From contig QPGO01000008.1 of assembly GCA_008632985.1 (NCBI GenBank), positions 476,979-540,978 on the forward strand: DNA of 64,000 nucleotides. Reading direction: 5' to 3'. This document shows, one piece after another, positions 23,662 through 37,610 of the stretch; the first letter of the stretch is position 1, and each line of letters begins with the position of its first letter. The notes beneath the pieces were generated by a model that had not been told where the DNA came from, ran no database searches, and saw only the letters and a program-made list of their open reading frames with translations. This DNA comes from Psammoneis japonica. Taxonomy: Eukaryota. Both the position numbers and the translations under genes were made by a program.

Positions 23662-24300
23662 TTACCAATGAAGCAGCGCTGTTTCAAGAGCCGATACCTT
23701 CTTTTTAAGTTCGGCAATTGTCCTAGCATGCTCTGCCCTTTCCCGTTCAAGGACTTGCTCCTGTGCAAGTTTCTGCGCATCCAAGCGGTCTTCCGCTTCC
23801 TTCCTCAGATGCAACGTTTTCTCCAAACATTCTTGCTCGTCTCTTTCTACTTTTTCCTCGAGCTTTTCGATTTCAAGTATATACTCTTCTCGTGCGTTTG
23901 TGAGACGAGTCAACTCAGCCTTGAGCTCTTGTTCCTTTGCATTGCTAGAAGCCATCATGCTGGCCGTTTCCTTTTCGTGATTTCTCTTGAGGGCGGTGAT
24001 TTGCTCGTGCATTTCAAGCTTGATTGCCACAACTTGTTTTTCTGTGCGAGTAGTTGTTTCCTCTTCAATTTTCTTGACCATGGCTTTGAGAGAAGTGATT
24101 TCATCCATGAGTTCCCGCTCGCGCGACTTGTAGTATGTTCCCATCATCGCCAACATGACTAGTGCCCCCGAAGCAGCAAATACCCACCCATTCATCAACA
24201 CGGCAAAGGCAACTGTCATGAACTCCATTGGCTGACCCCCACGGTCAAGGGTGAGATTAGAACCACCGCCTGTAGCGAAATGAGGAAAGCCGGTCGTCAT
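23662..24300 (-). CDS. Membrane-anchored coiled-coil protein
   Basis: Hydrophobic segment(s) followed by an E/K-rich coiled coil; intact ORF. Confidence 0.65.
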   Translation of the reverse strand: MTTGFPHFATGGGSNLTLDRGGQPMEFMTVAFAVLMNGWVFAASGALVMLAMMGTYYKSRERELMDEITSLKAMVKKIEEETTTRTEKQVVAIKLEMHEQITALKRNHEKETASMMASSNAKEQELKAELTRLTNAREEYILEIEKLEEKVERDEQECLEKTLHLRKEAEDRLDAQKLAQEQVLERERAEHARTIAELKKKVSALETALLHW

Positions 24301-24775
24301 GGTCAGCAAGCAGAAAGCGAAATAAATGAATGATGAATGAGCGATGTTTTTGATGTCTTCTCAATTTTTATGATTACTCTTCATGACATATATCTAACAT
24401 ACGAAATTGGCGCGAAAACGCACGTATTACTCCTAAAGACTTGCATATCTCATATATGTTCAATGATATATCTGCCCACGAATGCCGCCGAAATAAAAGT
24501 AAGACTTCCTTCGTTGATCCGTACGACGTCGCCTGTATGTAGAAAGTAGGAAATATAGAACGAAGAATGGAATCGAGAAGTTGACACAATCAATCAGAAT
24601 CTGAAATCCCCGAGGAGCTACCGGTAGCACCCACCCCACCCCACCTCTCATCTTCATGGGCTTGCGGCGTCGGTTTCTTGCTCTATTATAGAAATAGTTG
24701 TCACCCGCATCGATACTGTCGGAAATATAGCTTGAAGTGGTCCACCCGAGAGTCTTTTACTGTTGTTTTTTAACG

Positions 24776-25333
24776 ATGATGCGTCGTATTTTGACCAAGG
24801 CTGCCTCCACCTCCACGCTCTGGCAACATCGCCCCGCAGTGGCGATCGTCAACACTCGGCTTCTGTCGAACATCACGGTAGGTTGTAATTGTGCTCTTGA
24901 TGATCTCTGAAATATTTCGAAAATTGCATGCCTAATTGACGATCTTTTCTTGTTCCTGCAGTATTCTGGTGGTCAAGCTACGGAAGGACAAGGTGGTTTC
25001 TATGGATCCGGCGGAGCCCGCGCTTCCGCTTCCAACACGGAACACCGTCCGGAGATGCTCGCCATTGCCGCAGATGTTCATAAAATCGTCGAAACCATGA
25101 ATGAGGTTGAAGTTTTAGAAAGTCTCTTGCTTCGAGAACAGGAAGAGAGCGGCGATGGTGTAGTCACAGGAAAGAGCATTGAAATCTCGTCAAGCATTAA
25201 GAAACTTATGACTGCGCCGGAGTTCATGGAATGCCTTACTCGTCTCGAAGTTGAGGGAGAGCCCGTATGGGGTCTCAGTAGTGATGAGCGAGATTTAATC
25301 ATGACGGCAAGGGCCAAGGTGAATGACTGTTAG
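24776..25333 (+). CDS. Hypothetical protein with a mitochondrial-type presequence; 2 exons
   Basis: Exon 1 MMRRILTKAASTSTLWQHRP...SNIT, then gtaggt...ctgcag intron (~24878-24961), then exon 2 YSGGQATEGQGGFYGSGGAR... Confidence 0.75.
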
Positions 25334-26089
25334 GTAGGATAACTTCCGAGAAGAAGAGGCAGGCACCTTGCATGGAATAGAAAAAAGGTTAGGTACAATA
25401 CTAGAATCTCATGGCTTTCATGACACAGATTGATCAAGTTCAAGATGTTTCTAATCTCTACGTAGCATAGTATTCAGGTAGGAGGCTCGGCAAATGCTAC
25501 TACTAGCTTGCATTTTCCTGGGAATCATGGTGCCTTTTCTTACGGTGCCTCTCTCTAGGGAGACTAGCTATCTAAAAATTAGCAGAATGCGCCTACAATC
25601 AACGCCATGGCGCTTGGAGACCGGAATGAGCCGCGGCGTAAAAAGAACGCAATTTCAAATTTTAGTCATTGATAATGATGGCACCCCAGTTTGAGAATTT
25701 TGGCGTCAACGTCACAAACTTTGCAAATTCTCCCATGCGCACGTAGATTCTACGACGATCGATAGGGAGAAAGCTGAGCTGGCATTATTCCGGGTTCTTC
25801 TGCCATAGAAGAGCAATGACACGCGCTTCGTTCTCACACGACATCTGCGTTACTCACAATTCACAACACGACCGCATTGTGCAACACTCTGCTTTTGGTT
25901 GTATGCAAGGGAAGGGCTTGTACGCTTCGAGTTGGAGCGTTTCGATTTCGATTTCGTAGGAGCTGTGAAAAATTTTGAAAGTACTTGAGCGCCTACGACG
26001 AGCGACGAGTGACGTCTTGGAGGGAAAAGTTTATTTCTCATATCATCCCGCCCGTTTCTAAAAAAAAGAAGACTGCCATTGATTCCGTC

Positions 26090-28392
26090 ATGTTGCACCG
26101 TTATTTCGTGTTTTGGGCACTCGCTATGATAGCAGAGTTGCAGCTCTCATTGGCATTCTCTCGTGCACCGAGTGGACAGTTAAGAGTCGGTTCTCGACTT
26201 TCTCCCAAGCTTTCTGTTTTGGAAATGATCAAAGGCGGTGGGTATGGCATGTCACCGAAAGGACGACGAGAATTGGAGATTCGACGGAAAATTATGGACT
26301 TGAAAAAGGAGGGTAGGCTGAAAAAGCAAGCCGATGAATTTGATGATGATGATGATGACGAAGAAGAAATGATGTTGGAGGAAGATATGGCAATGGAAAA
26401 ACTTATGCAATCAAAGAGGTCCATGAGAGGTAGTGCCGCCACCGACGAATACGCTGATAAAATCAAGGCGAAGCTGGCAAAGAAGGAGGACCAAGGAGAA
26501 GACGGCTCTGGCGAAAATCCTGCTCCTAGACGAAAGGCGCAGTTGGGGTCCTTATTGTCTAGCAGTGCTGCTACCGTGGAGGACAGTGATTCGAGTGCCG
26601 GGTACAAGCGACTCACGGAGTCTTCGACTACGGAAGATCGCCCCAAAATAATTGACCCTTCCTTGTTTGAGACTGGTGAGGACGAGCCCGAAGAGCTTGC
26701 GGAAGAAGATTTGTTGGAACTTGTGGCGAAGAAAATGGAGGAAAAGAGGAAACGGGAAGCAGCAGATCGAAAGAAGCAAACACAAATGGCCATAAAAGCA
26801 GAGCAGGAGGAGCAAGAAAAGAAATCAGCTTCTTCTCGAAGCGACGATCCAGTGGCGAAAGCCCTTCAATACAAACAAAATAAAGAAAAATCTGCAGAGT
26901 CCGCTTCCAAGAAGACAACCACAGGTGTTGGCGGTACGTGGGAGAAGAACGAAACTGCTGTCGTGGAAGACTACCGCCCAAGTCGGGGATCTTGGGGATA
27001 CTTTCCAAGGCCTAAAGATATATCAAAAGCCTATGGAGGAGGACGAAAGATTCAAGCAGATGATAGAAAGATTGAGGAATCATCTCAGGCAACCAGAGAT
27101 CGACTTCGTGCATACCGGGAAAAAGTAGGAATCGAAGTTCAGAGCGAGAAAGATCATGCCGCCGAAATCGAAGAGGCACTGCGAATCGCGACATACGCTA
27201 TGCAGGTAAGTAACATGATCTATCAATCCAGCGGTGCTTGATGTTGCGTCTGGCTGATATTTGAATTTCGACGACACTGGTTTCTTCTTGTATGCAGCGT
27301 GGAGTGTACAGTTCTGCGGTGTCTGCTTTGGAAAAGGTTACAAAGTGGTGTGGGTCTAACTCAAAAGTTGGTGGAAAGGTATTTCTGGAACTCGCAATGG
27401 CCTACGAGGCAGTTGGACGAACCGATGAAGCAATTGCCGTGTACTCTACCTTATCAAACTGCCGAATTGAGGAGATCAAGTTTAATGCGAAACGCCTACT
27501 TTATGGTATTGAAGCCATGAACTTTATGCGGAACGAGGTGAATAATCCCAACTTTTCGAGGAAGAAAATTCGAAATACCTTTATCGATACAACGGGCCTG
27601 GCAAACATTGCAGAAAATTTTGACGATCGATACGAAACTGCGTACATTGATTTAGACAGCGGCTTTTATCGCAAATTGACCGAAAGCGTTGTGCGTTCGA
27701 ACCGCGAGGCGCGACAGATTCTCCTTAAGGCAACAGGCTCGGGTGAGGTACAACGAATGAAGATTGTCCAGGCCCTTCGATCTCTCAGTCGGACTTTTGA
27801 CACTGCTTTGGAAGAAGAAAAGAAACGAGCGGCACCGGCCCCTGAACCCGTGGCTGTCATGAATGGAAAGCCTATCCTCCAGAAACAGCAAGACGAATTA
27901 TCTGACCTGATTGATATGGATAAGTTCAATTTGGCTAGTCCCGACCAAATGTTAGAAAATATATCAGGAGAATGGCGGCTGCAGCTCTTGGCTGACAAGA
28001 AGGGAGACGGTGTTCGCTACTACAACACCACTCTGGCATGGCAGGTAGTGGATACCGATACTATGCGCTTTAGGAGTGTTGGGTCGGGCTTTCTTTCGAC
28101 TTCTGAATCAGGCGCAATTGAGTTTGACGAGGAAAACCGTGTCGTTGAGCGCACTCAGGTGTCAAAATCAGGTGCGGGGGGAATGTTTGCTGCCATTCTC
28201 TCCGGAACCAAGGGATCTGCCCAATCACAAAGTGGTCCGCAACAAATAATTCTGGTAGATTCAACCATGCTGGTGACGAGGTGTGCGCCAAAAGCAAAGA
28301 AATCCGTTTTGGATGAAAATGTGAAGGACTATTTTGGCGTTTGGAGAAGAGTAGAGCCTGGAACCTATTCAGAGAGCTCAAGCCGACCGTAA
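26090..28392 (+). CDS. Plastid-targeted TPR-like protein with a C-terminal fibrillin-like beta domain; 2 exons
   Basis: Signal ending SLAF; YRPSRGSWGYFPRPKDISKAYGGGR motif like a plant chloroplast TPR-like family; helical repeat ELAMAYEAVGRTDEAIAVY; intron gtaagt from ~27206; GEWRL motif. Confidence 0.7.
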
Positions 28393-28569
28393 CCATGCCA
28401 ATCGCACATTCTATCATGCAACTCTCTCTGGAAAAGAACAGTTGCAACACATTCATAGTAGGGTAGAAGTATCCAGCAAGTTTCTCTAGATGAACACAAA
28501 CAATGACCTATTAACCGACACTATTACACACAATTCTCCCCCGTTCATCATTACTTGTCGATATAAGCA

Positions 28570-30018
28570 TCACAGTGACTTTATTGCCGAGACCATATCG
28601 GCCTTCCGCAGCAACTTTCCGTTGTCACCTATCGTATTGACTCCCTATACAACGTGCGTGTGTGTCGAGGCGCAAACGTGTCAGATGTACCAAGGTAGGA
28701 TGGAACAAGTCGCCTCTGCGCAATTCTGTTTTGCTTCTACTTACCCTTTCGGTTAAATAATCTGCAAGCTCTTTTGCTGTCTTTCGCATAAGGGAAGAAT
28801 CCGAAAGAGCAGCCCATGGGTTTTCTGATGGTTGAGTTCCTTCATCTGTTGTCACCTTGGCTTTGGACGCTTTCTTCGTTGTTGCCTTCTTTTTGGCAGG
28901 AGCCGATTTCTTTGTTGACTTTGCCTTTGCTGCTTTCTTTTTGGCTGGAGCCGTTTTCTTGACCGGGTCCTTTTTAGCAGCAGGCTTTGCTGCCCCCTTC
29001 ACCTTTGTTTTCGTCGAAACTTGCTCTACTTCTGGTTCCTTTGGTTTAGGTGCTTCCTTCTTTTCGGCCAGTGATGCCTACGATAGACGTAGTCAGAGAA
29101 TCAAAACGACGGTAAGCATCCGCATCCAACAAACACCGCAACACTCGTATAGAAACCTACCTTTTCTTCCTCGAGCTGTTTCTTTATCTTTTCTTTTTCA
29201 AACGCTGCCGCAATGGCCGCCAAGGTCTCTTCGTCTGCATTGGCAAGTTGCTCTGCAAGCTGCTTTTCGGCATACGCCTTGCCGGCATTTCGTTGTTGAG
29301 CGGCAACCAGTAATGCAAGTGCCGCCAAAATGAATGCGCCGTATTCATCAAGATGAAGTTTATCAAGAAAATCGCCAATACTGGATACAGAAAGATCTCC
29401 TGCATCGGTCGCCTGCGACAGAGCCTTTGTTGCGGTAGCTTCGACTCCCTTTGCTGACTCCGACAATGCTGTCATTGGATCCTTTGTACCAACAGTGACA
29501 TCAGTCACGTCCGAAACAAATTTGCTCAAGTTTTCTTGAATAAGAGCCCACTTTTCCTTTGCAATAGCAACGCTTTCGTCAAAGTTCCCAGACGGTTTTT
29601 CGAGAGTCGATTGATATCCGCGTTGTGTCAGCATCTCACCAAGAGTAGGAACTTTGGCCCGTACAGCTTCTTCCTGAATGGGGCTGTTGAAAGGTGACTT
29701 TTCTGATACTGCTTTCACAATTTCCTTCGCGGCCTCTTTTACTTCTGGAATATCGGGGACGGTGGGCGCAGCATCCACTGACACCTCGGGGGTTGGCTCA
29801 GAAATAACAGGTGGTGGTGGTTCAGGGATAGCATCAGGTACCGGTACTGGCGCTTTTTTCTGATAGGCTTTCACCAGGGGATCAACGTAAGGATCGTCCT
29901 TTATCACAAACATGACAGGTAGCTTTCGGCTCCTTTTCGTGACTGCAACCGGGAAAGTAAAGCCATTCGAAGTTACGATCAGAAGTGGAAACGTTGCCAC
30001 CGACAATAACAACCTCAT
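28570..30018 (-). CDS. Plastid-targeted protein with a TM segment, Lys/Ala-rich region and C-terminal HeH/SAP-like domain; 3 exons
   Basis: MRLLLSVATFPLLIVTSNGF signal; introns near 29160-29079 and 28744-28647; C-terminal LSDSSLMRKTAKELADYLTERGV...KLLRKADMVSAIKSL. Confidence 0.7.
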
Positions 30019-30610
30019 GTTTTGTCAGACGAAATATGAGGGGCGGCGGTATCTTTCCCGTTATACTCAGCCTCGTTCTTGTTTAGAAAAACACAAACAC
30101 CCTTATTGTAGCTGTTGGTGAGTGACTTTTGACAACAATTCTGCGTCTACTGTAAGGCCAAAGAAGCTTCAGAGGGAGAGAGAGCAACAAGCTTTCGGTC
30201 GCATCAGCTCAGTTGTTGTCAAATGTTGCGGTCGTCGGACGGAGGTCGTCGGATTTGATGGAGGCGGTCGTTGAAATACAGTACGTGCGCGTTCGGATCG
30301 ATCGGATCGGATGCACTATTTCGTTTTGTACTGCCGTTCTACATGAACCTACGTATGTAAAAGGGGGTATATCTTCTACGCAGTGTAGACCATTTTTTGA
30401 AATTGGTTACGGGAACTCAAATATATCTGGATTGGTAAAAGAATATACATGACCGAAATTTCTTTGGAGCGTTAAAAATATATATCGAATGGATATCAGT
30501 AAATAAGCTCAACGTTATCATTTAGTATCCATGTTGGAATAAAATCTTTTCAAATTTGATTCAGCCACGAACTGACCGACGACGAAAACGACTGTCATAA
30601 TTTTTTCACA

Positions 30611-33600
30611 ATGGCGCGGCATTCATCATGTCAAAAGGCTACAAGCAACATTTCCACGTCAAGATGGAAAGTCGTAAACATGTTTGTCATATCAATCGTT
30701 ACTCAAGTCGTCAAGGCAGTGGATAGACCGAGTGTTGACAACATTCAAAGTCATGTTAGACGCAGAGCACAGTCAATTGCAGCGGAAGGAAGAAGCGAAA
30801 GTGGCAATCAAGACAGTGGCGATGAAGGCCCGTCTGTTGTTTCAATCGTCTGCGGGTTCTTCGTTGTAGGGGTCGCATTGTTATTGTTCGGCACGCACAG
30901 TTACTTTTTGATTCAGAATTTACGAAAAAAGCGAAAAGAAAAAAGAGAATCGAACTCGATGAAACCTCCAACAAGAAAGAATGCTAGCTCACCATCACCC
31001 CTTTCCAAGCGAAGTCATCATACCACCAACTTTGAAGGAGGCTATTCATCGTCATCCTCGCCATCGTTTGCTGTTCCATCGGATTCATCGTCCACGAGTG
31101 ATGCTTTTGCCAAGGAATTGAAGATGGCCGCTCATACCGACACGCGGGTCTGGAATGAATACGAAAAGAGCAAATCGGTATGTTTGCCTCTGAATGCCTG
31201 CTTGATTATGCTTTTCTTGTAAAGCTCACTGATTCCTGTCGTTTATCATGTAGGAGTTATTGCAGGTTGGTAGGGTGCTTGGGCTAAGGAAAGAATCTTT
31301 TGTAGACGAAGAAGCTGACAACAGCTCAATTGAGCTAGTTTTTGACGGTACACATGCTGCTGCCGGAACTATCCAAATACTTGACAACGAAGAACCTTCT
31401 TCTCCTCTTAGTGTGTCATACAATGAGTATAGTCGTAATACTGTGAACTCTGGGACCACAACAGGAAATGACGGCTATTCTCCATATGGTGACGAAGAAG
31501 AAAAGGAAGCGCGTCCTGGCACCATTGTAAGTGCACCTCGCGTTGATCAACGCAACCAGCTTGACAAGCAAGAGCAGGCCTTCAACGTGGGAAGTCCCGA
31601 GAAAGGAGCTACTCTTATGCCACGGGATAATGCAGAAAGCACAAGACAGTCCTTCCGAGCTCAAAATGAGGGTATCCAACCTTCGCGTACCGGTAGGCCT
31701 CCAATCAGTAGCACATCTCGACCGTCCTTGACGGAGCGTCAAGCACAAGCTTTTGCAGTACCTCCTGTCGTTCAAAAATCATTGGCGCTTAACTCTTCTG
31801 GGGATACGGAACGGCTACTGGTGGATGACATTCACCAAGAGTTTGAGGTCATGCCAATACCTAGCGCTGACATATATGAGAGTGATGATTCTTCGTCCAG
31901 TGTCAGTGACGAATCCTCCTCGAATGATGATGGGTCCGCTATTGAGTTGATGAAAACTCTGACTCCATCGCCAGGGAAAAAGATGCGAAATCAAAGTAAA
32001 AAGTATTCATATGAGCCCATGGGAACAGACACAAGTTCTCCGACGCTGTCGCAGTCATCCATTCCTGGTACCGAGTTGCCCCAGACAAATTCACAAGCAT
32101 CGGCTGATGCTGATCGTGATGATTCTCCTCGGGCAGAAGCTCCAAACAAGGAGAGTTCTTCCTCTGACTCACCGCCTCGTTTTCCGGCAACGACACCTGC
32201 ACCGAGTGACGAAAAGTCATTTGACTCCACGCGAAATGGCAGACATGGGGGAAAGTGTCCCTCGGATGAGTTCACGTGCAAAAGCGATTCGTCATCGTCC
32301 GACCCAGTTCCTACAGATGACATTGTCAACGAACTGGAACGTCTCAAGAGTTTTGTTCACAACTATGAAAAAAGGCGTGAAGATAGTCGTCAGGACTCAA
32401 TACGAGAACCGAAAGGATCCGAGGACTGGAGTAAAGCCAAAAAGAAATCTTCTCCTGGTCTCGCGCCGATGAAAAGCGAGTCAGCTACCGTGGGAAGGGG
32501 TGGACGGGGTACAAGAAGTGAATCGCCTGTTAAAAATCGCACAGCGCTCTTTTTCAGGCGTTTAAGTGCATCTGTATTGGACAATCATGACAGGAAACCT
32601 GGCAGTATGGTGCCTACGGGTAGCTGGTCAACCGAATCGACAACAGGGGATTCATCTGATCCCGTTGGGAGCGATCGGGGTAGCAGCGATCGGAGTAGCG
32701 TGCAAGACAATGTGGTTGAAGTACTGGCTGCAAAGCTGATGAGGTTGGAAAGTGTTTCGGCAGCTCTTGACAACGATTGGTCTGGTGCCCGTAACCTTAA
32801 ACAGGACTCGAGCGAAGAGCAGGTTTCGATTCTAGACAAGATCAAAAGTAGCAGCCCCGGTATGGACAGTGTCCCAGCGCCTACACAGCGAGCGCTTCCC
32901 GCTAAAACCGATGACAAGGAACAACATCTCCCGAATGCGAACCGAGTTTCTTTGACATCAAGAGAAGCATCGAGGAACGTACGGTTTGACGAGCAGGCGA
33001 ATTCGCTCAGACATTTCAATGCTGATAAACATGGCGCATACTCTCCGACAAGAGATGATACCTCCTCCTCGGAAGAGGAGATTGGCGTTGACTCTGGCTT
33101 TTCCGACGTAGATTCTACCTCAAGCGAAGAGTCATGGGACAGCCGGAACGGAGGGGGGTCTGATGTCCTAAGGTTGGGAATCACACCTTTCAGTGTTCAA
33201 AAACCACCCAACACATCAAAACTTCATTACAGGCACTCTGGGATACCCCCTCCGAAAAAAAAAAATCAATCCGTGCACATGCCGGACGACACGAAACGAT
33301 CGGCAGACCTAACTGAAGATGTCAAGGAAACGCCATCGCAAATGCACGTACCGCGCCGACGGGTTTCGAGAATTCCTCCGCCCAGGGGCATGAAAGGATC
33401 CCCTAGTCCGTTTTCACCCCCACCAGTGATTGATGCTTTGAAGGAAAGCTCCAACGTAATGTCTGAAGCTCCTTTGGACGTTCAGCGAACATCACGCCGC
33501 AATGCGCCACCTCTTGACGTCCTTCGTATTCCGTCTTCAAGCGAGAAAGAAGACGCCGAAAACCTGCAGAACAAAGCGAGGACAGTGGGCATTGCGGGTG

Positions 33601-33845
33601 ATAAGCAAACCAGTGAGGAAGTGGAGGTGAACGCATTCAAGACAGGAGAGTCGGAGTCTGGAGAAGTCGAGCAGGCGACAACCGCAAAGACCGACAGCAC
33701 GAAGTTTCTTTCATCACCGCGACCTTCACCGCTACGCCGAGCCGGCAACAACAACAAAAAATTCAGCAATATCGTCAATATGTTTGAGGCCAAGCCAAAG
33801 AACTCGATATATCCTCCAAATGAGGGTTGGCAGTTTAATTGCTGA
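30611..33845 (+). CDS. Single-pass membrane protein with a long Ser/Pro-rich disordered tail; 2 exons
   Basis: TM VVSIVCGFFVVGVALLLFG followed by a basic stretch; intron gtatgt...tag at ~31178-31253; 861-codon open second exon. Confidence 0.75.
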
Positions 33846-34135
33846 TCTCAGATTGATAGCCAGCAGAGCGATAACAGTGAAAACGAATTGTAAGTAGTTT
33901 TGAATTGATTATTTTATGTATGAGATGCCCCCCTTTGCACCGTGTTTTCGACCCGGACCTAAAGATCCTGTTTTCTTTCTTTTGTCGTCTGTCTGGTAGG
34001 CATATCGATATTTTGGGGGGTTTGAAAACGTTAATTAAGGAAGGTCAAAAACGTTTCGACCATCGTGGCCGAGAATCGTGGAAGAACGTGTATCCCTTTT
34101 TCGCACCCGCCATAGTTTCTCACAATCAGGAAGTC

Positions 34136-35785
34136 ATGGCAGCGATCAACGACGTCGTTTGCTCTTTCATCAGTGGAATCGCCTCTCGACCACGGAGTGA
34201 CGACGAGGGCAGCACCCTCGCTCCAAAGTTGGTGCCTGTGGTCTCACCTGCAACGAACGAACCGGCACTGTATTTTGCTCCTGCTTCTGATCAAGACGTG
34301 AATCGTGCAGTGGAAGCCGCTCACGAGGCATTCTTGAATACTAGCGAAGGGACTTCCTGGTCGTTGCCTTCACGTTCTGGCTTTCGAGCGGAAGTTCTCA
34401 TGAGAATCGCGAATGAACTCCGTCCCCATACCTCTAGGCTATCAGATCTGGAGGTGAAGCAAATCGGTAGGCCCAAGAAGGAAATGAGATCGCAGCTGGC
34501 ACGTCTCCCAGAATGGTTTGAGTATTACGCTTCGCTGTTGCGTGTGCGACATGATATCGTCACCCCTTTTGGTGATGGATATCTCAACGTGGTGCGACGG
34601 GAGCCGTTGGGGGTCGTGGTACAAATCACTCCGTTTAACCACCCACTTCTCATCACCGTCAAGAAGTTAGCGCCAGCCTTGGCAGCGGGTAACACAGTGG
34701 TACTAAAACCCAGTGATATGGCCCCAGCTACGATTGTTGAGTTGGCAAGCATTTGCTCAAAGGCAGGACTGCCTCCTGGCGTCCTACAGGTTGTACTGGG
34801 AAATGAAAGTGTTGGAAAACAACTAGTTTCTCACCAACTTGTTTCAAAAGTGGACTTTACCGGTGGACCTGTTGCCGGAAGAAGCATCGGACAAGCGGCT
34901 GGAGCGAATCTGTGTTCATACACTGCGGAACTGGGAGGTAAATCACCAATGATTGTGTTTGGCCCGTCTCATAAAGCTGACGCCAAGGAGCTTGACGAGT
35001 ATCTCGATCCCATTGTCAACGGCTGCGCATTCGGGGCCTTTATCGCCTCTGGACAAACGTGCATAGCAGGAACGCGTATACTTATCGAGCACTCTATTTA
35101 CGATGTTTTTGCTAAAAAGTTGGTTGCAAAGACCAAGTCGTTACGACTAGGCGACCCAGAGAATTTGGAAACGCACATTGGCCCTGTCATTACCAAGCGT
35201 CAGGTTACATTCATTCAACATACGGTCCAAAGCTGCATTGCGGCAAGCGAAGGCTATCTCGAACTGCTCTGTGGCGGCAAGGAGTACCGTTCTTTTGCAG
35301 ACGAGGATGCTTTGTTGAACCATGGCAACTATTACGAACCGACCGTGATTGCCGCCAAGGCCTCAATGGCAGACATAAAGAGCGAGGCAGTCGTAGATTC
35401 GATCCTCCGCTTACATCAATCGTCTGAGGTGTTTCAAAAGGAATTATTTGGTCCAGTCGTCGCTCTAATGCCATTCCGTGATGAGTCCCATGCAGTTCAG
35501 CTCGCCAATGACTCCAAGTATAGCTTGGGATGTTCAATCTGGACACACAATCTGATTCAAGCCCACGCTACGGCGGACAGAGTGAAGGCTGGAATTATTT
35601 GGATCAACGACCACCACAAGAATCATCCTTGTAGTCCGTGGGGTGGGCTGACTAAGGAATCTGGGATTGGACGTGAAAATGGACTGGATGCATTTCACGA
35701 ATATACTCAGACAAAGAGCGTAGTGACAAACTCCAACTACTACAAGACGGATTGGTTCAAGGATGCAAACGCCAGATATAATTAA
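34136..35785 (+). CDS. NAD(P)-dependent aldehyde dehydrogenase
   Basis: ITPFNHP, LKPS, FTGG, AELGGKSP, SGQTCIAG, ELFGPV and SGIGRENG motifs. Confidence 0.95.
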   Translation: MAAINDVVCSFISGIASRPRSDDEGSTLAPKLVPVVSPATNEPALYFAPASDQDVNRAVEAAHEAFLNTSEGTSWSLPSRSGFRAEVLMRIANELRPHTSRLSDLEVKQIGRPKKEMRSQLARLPEWFEYYASLLRVRHDIVTPFGDGYLNVVRREPLGVVVQITPFNHPLLITVKKLAPALAAGNTVVLKPSDMAPATIVELASICSKAGLPPGVLQVVLGNESVGKQLVSHQLVSKVDFTGGPVAGRSIGQAAGANLCSYTAELGGKSPMIVFGPSHKADAKELDEYLDPIVNGCAFGAFIASGQTCIAGTRILIEHSIYDVFAKKLVAKTKSLRLGDPENLETHIGPVITKRQVTFIQHTVQSCIAASEGYLELLCGGKEYRSFADEDALLNHGNYYEPTVIAAKASMADIKSEAVVDSILRLHQSSEVFQKELFGPVVALMPFRDESHAVQLANDSKYSLGCSIWTHNLIQAHATADRVKAGIIWINDHHKNHPCSPWGGLTKESGIGRENGLDAFHEYTQTKSVVTNSNYYKTDWFKDANARYN

Positions 35786-35844
35786 TCACTGACTACTCTA
35801 GGGAGAGTATGTGCTGTACACACACATAATCGTAGCTCTTCTTT

Positions 35845-36435
35845 TCACACAATCTCGATTGTTGCGCCCAGCTTTTCCAATGTTGCCTTCATTTCCTCTG
35901 CCTCTTCCTTTTTCATTCCCTTTTTAATTACTTTTGGAGCCCCTTCCACTAACTCTTTCGCCTCCTTCAGACCAAGCCCCGCCATACTTCTTACTTCCTT
36001 AATCACTTTTAGTTTCGCCTTTGCGTCAAATGCCGTCAATTTCAGGTCGAACGCAGTTTGCTCCTCCTCCTTTTCTTTTTCTTGAGCCTGTGCCTTGCCT
36101 CCTCCATCGCTCGACGACGACGATCCCATGCTTGCACGAGCTGCCGAACTATATTTGATACCCAGCTTTTCATTTATCAATTCTGTCAAGAGATGAACCT
36201 CAATCATGTCTAAATAAATAATCTTCTGAAACAAGTCGTCCACCTTTTTGGAAGTGACTTTATCGCTCGATGCTACTGCCACTGACGCTTCGGGTTGCTT
36301 ATCATGGGTGCTGCACGATGCGTGGTAGCATGCTCTCTTTGACGAAGTCTTTGTTGTTGATGATGCCAGAGATCGAATAATTGGGACCAACCTCTGCGAC
36401 GTTGTGCAAGCCACAAGTCTGTGATAGGTCGTCAT
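35845..36435 (-). CDS. rplL: Ribosomal protein L7/L12 (bL12), mitochondrial-type, paralog A
   Basis: C-terminal [40 protein letters not shown]; Arg/Ser-rich presequence. Confidence 0.93.
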   Translation of the reverse strand: MTTYHRLVACTTSQRLVPIIRSLASSTTKTSSKRACYHASCSTHDKQPEASVAVASSDKVTSKKVDDLFQKIIYLDMIEVHLLTELINEKLGIKYSSAARASMGSSSSSDGGGKAQAQEKEKEEEQTAFDLKLTAFDAKAKLKVIKEVRSMAGLGLKEAKELVEGAPKVIKKGMKKEEAEEMKATLEKLGATIEIV

Positions 36436-36812
36436 GATCGGCTCTATTTGTTATGTGTCGGTTGCCTATTGCCTACTGTTTGTTGTGTTTTCTCTCCGAT
36501 TATTGGCCGCTGTCGGTCGAGTGCCATCGCCATAACGGCAGGAATGTCGTTTCCAGTTTCCTGGCCGTTTTGTGTTGGAGGGAGAAGCGATACCGATTAC
36601 GTCATCATTTCAAGATTCCTTTTGGTGCATGATTTTCATAACCTTTTCAACCACGGCGAGGAATCCTGAAATGTCAAAACTCTCCGGTTGACGCGCGCAG
36701 ACGCGTTTCACGCACAACGCTCGCAACCTCACTTTTTCGTCGCTTTGCTTTTGCATCGCCGTCGCCCATAAGGAAAACGTTGTGAGTTTTGACTACAACA
36801 TAACTTATAACA

Positions 36813-37610
36813 ATGACACAACGACTGCTGATGAGAAGTGGAACGCTCGTGGGAAGATGGAAGCTCCGTCAGTCTCAATTTTGCTCTCTGTGTTTGCGGC
36901 ATGCTAGCAAACGCAGCGACAATACCACCACGACGATATTGTATGCAAAATGTAAACGCAACAACGCACGTTGGATCGGATCATCGACTCGCGTAGTGCG
37001 ACAAGAAAAGTCCAAGAAAGAGGAATTACCACCTCCAGCAAAAGAAGAGAATGAAACTGACGACGAAGTTGCGAGTTGGGAGAATCCACTTCATCACAAC
37101 AACCCTGACTATCAGCCTGATAAGGTCTTTGAGGAGGACTTTGAAGCCGGGGAAGAAATTCCCAAAATACCGTTGCCTCCATTGGATGATGGATCAGGCA
37201 AGGTTCAAGCTGCTCCTCATTTACACGAGTTGGCAGATGAAATTGTCAACCTAACAATGTTGGAAATGAATGATCTCATCAACAAGATTGGCGATCACTT
37301 TGGCTTTGACGATGACGAGGATGACATGATGGTTGGGGGCGGAGCAGGAGATGCACAAGGCGGTGATGCAGATGAAAAACCTAAAGAAGAGGAAAAGACG
37401 GCGTTCGATCTAAAACTAACCGGCTTTGATGCCAAGGCCAAGATCAAAGTTATCAAAGAAGTACGAGCAATCGCCGGCTTGGGTCTGAAGGAAGCAAAGG
37501 AGATGGTAGAGGGAGCACCAAAGGTTATCAAGACAGGTCTCAAGCAAGAGGAAGCAGAAGAGTTGAAAAAGAAGTTAGAAGAGATTGGCGCAACAGTAGA
37601 GATAGCATAG
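36813..37610 (+). CDS. rplL: Ribosomal protein L7/L12 (bL12), mitochondrial-type, paralog B
   Basis: [16 protein letters not shown] dimerisation helix; C-terminal [28 protein letters not shown]. Confidence 0.93.
   Translation: MTQRLLMRSGTLVGRWKLRQSQFCSLCLRHASKRSDNTTTTILYAKCKRNNARWIGSSTRVVRQEKSKKEELPPPAKEENETDDEVASWENPLHHNNPDYQPDKVFEEDFEAGEEIPKIPLPPLDDGSGKVQAAPHLHELADEIVNLTMLEMNDLINKIGDHFGFDDDEDDMMVGGGAGDAQGGDADEKPKEEEKTAFDLKLTGFDAKAKIKVIKEVRAIAGLGLKEAKEMVEGAPKVIKTGLKQEEAEELKKKLEEIGATVEIA

Noticed and set aside
33905..34135. N-terminal extension of the ALDH ORF from a TTG start (similar extensions at 19234, 22877, 25985, 63665)
   Set aside because: Non-ATG or upstream open frame in intergenic/UTR sequence; downstream ATGs give more plausible starts.
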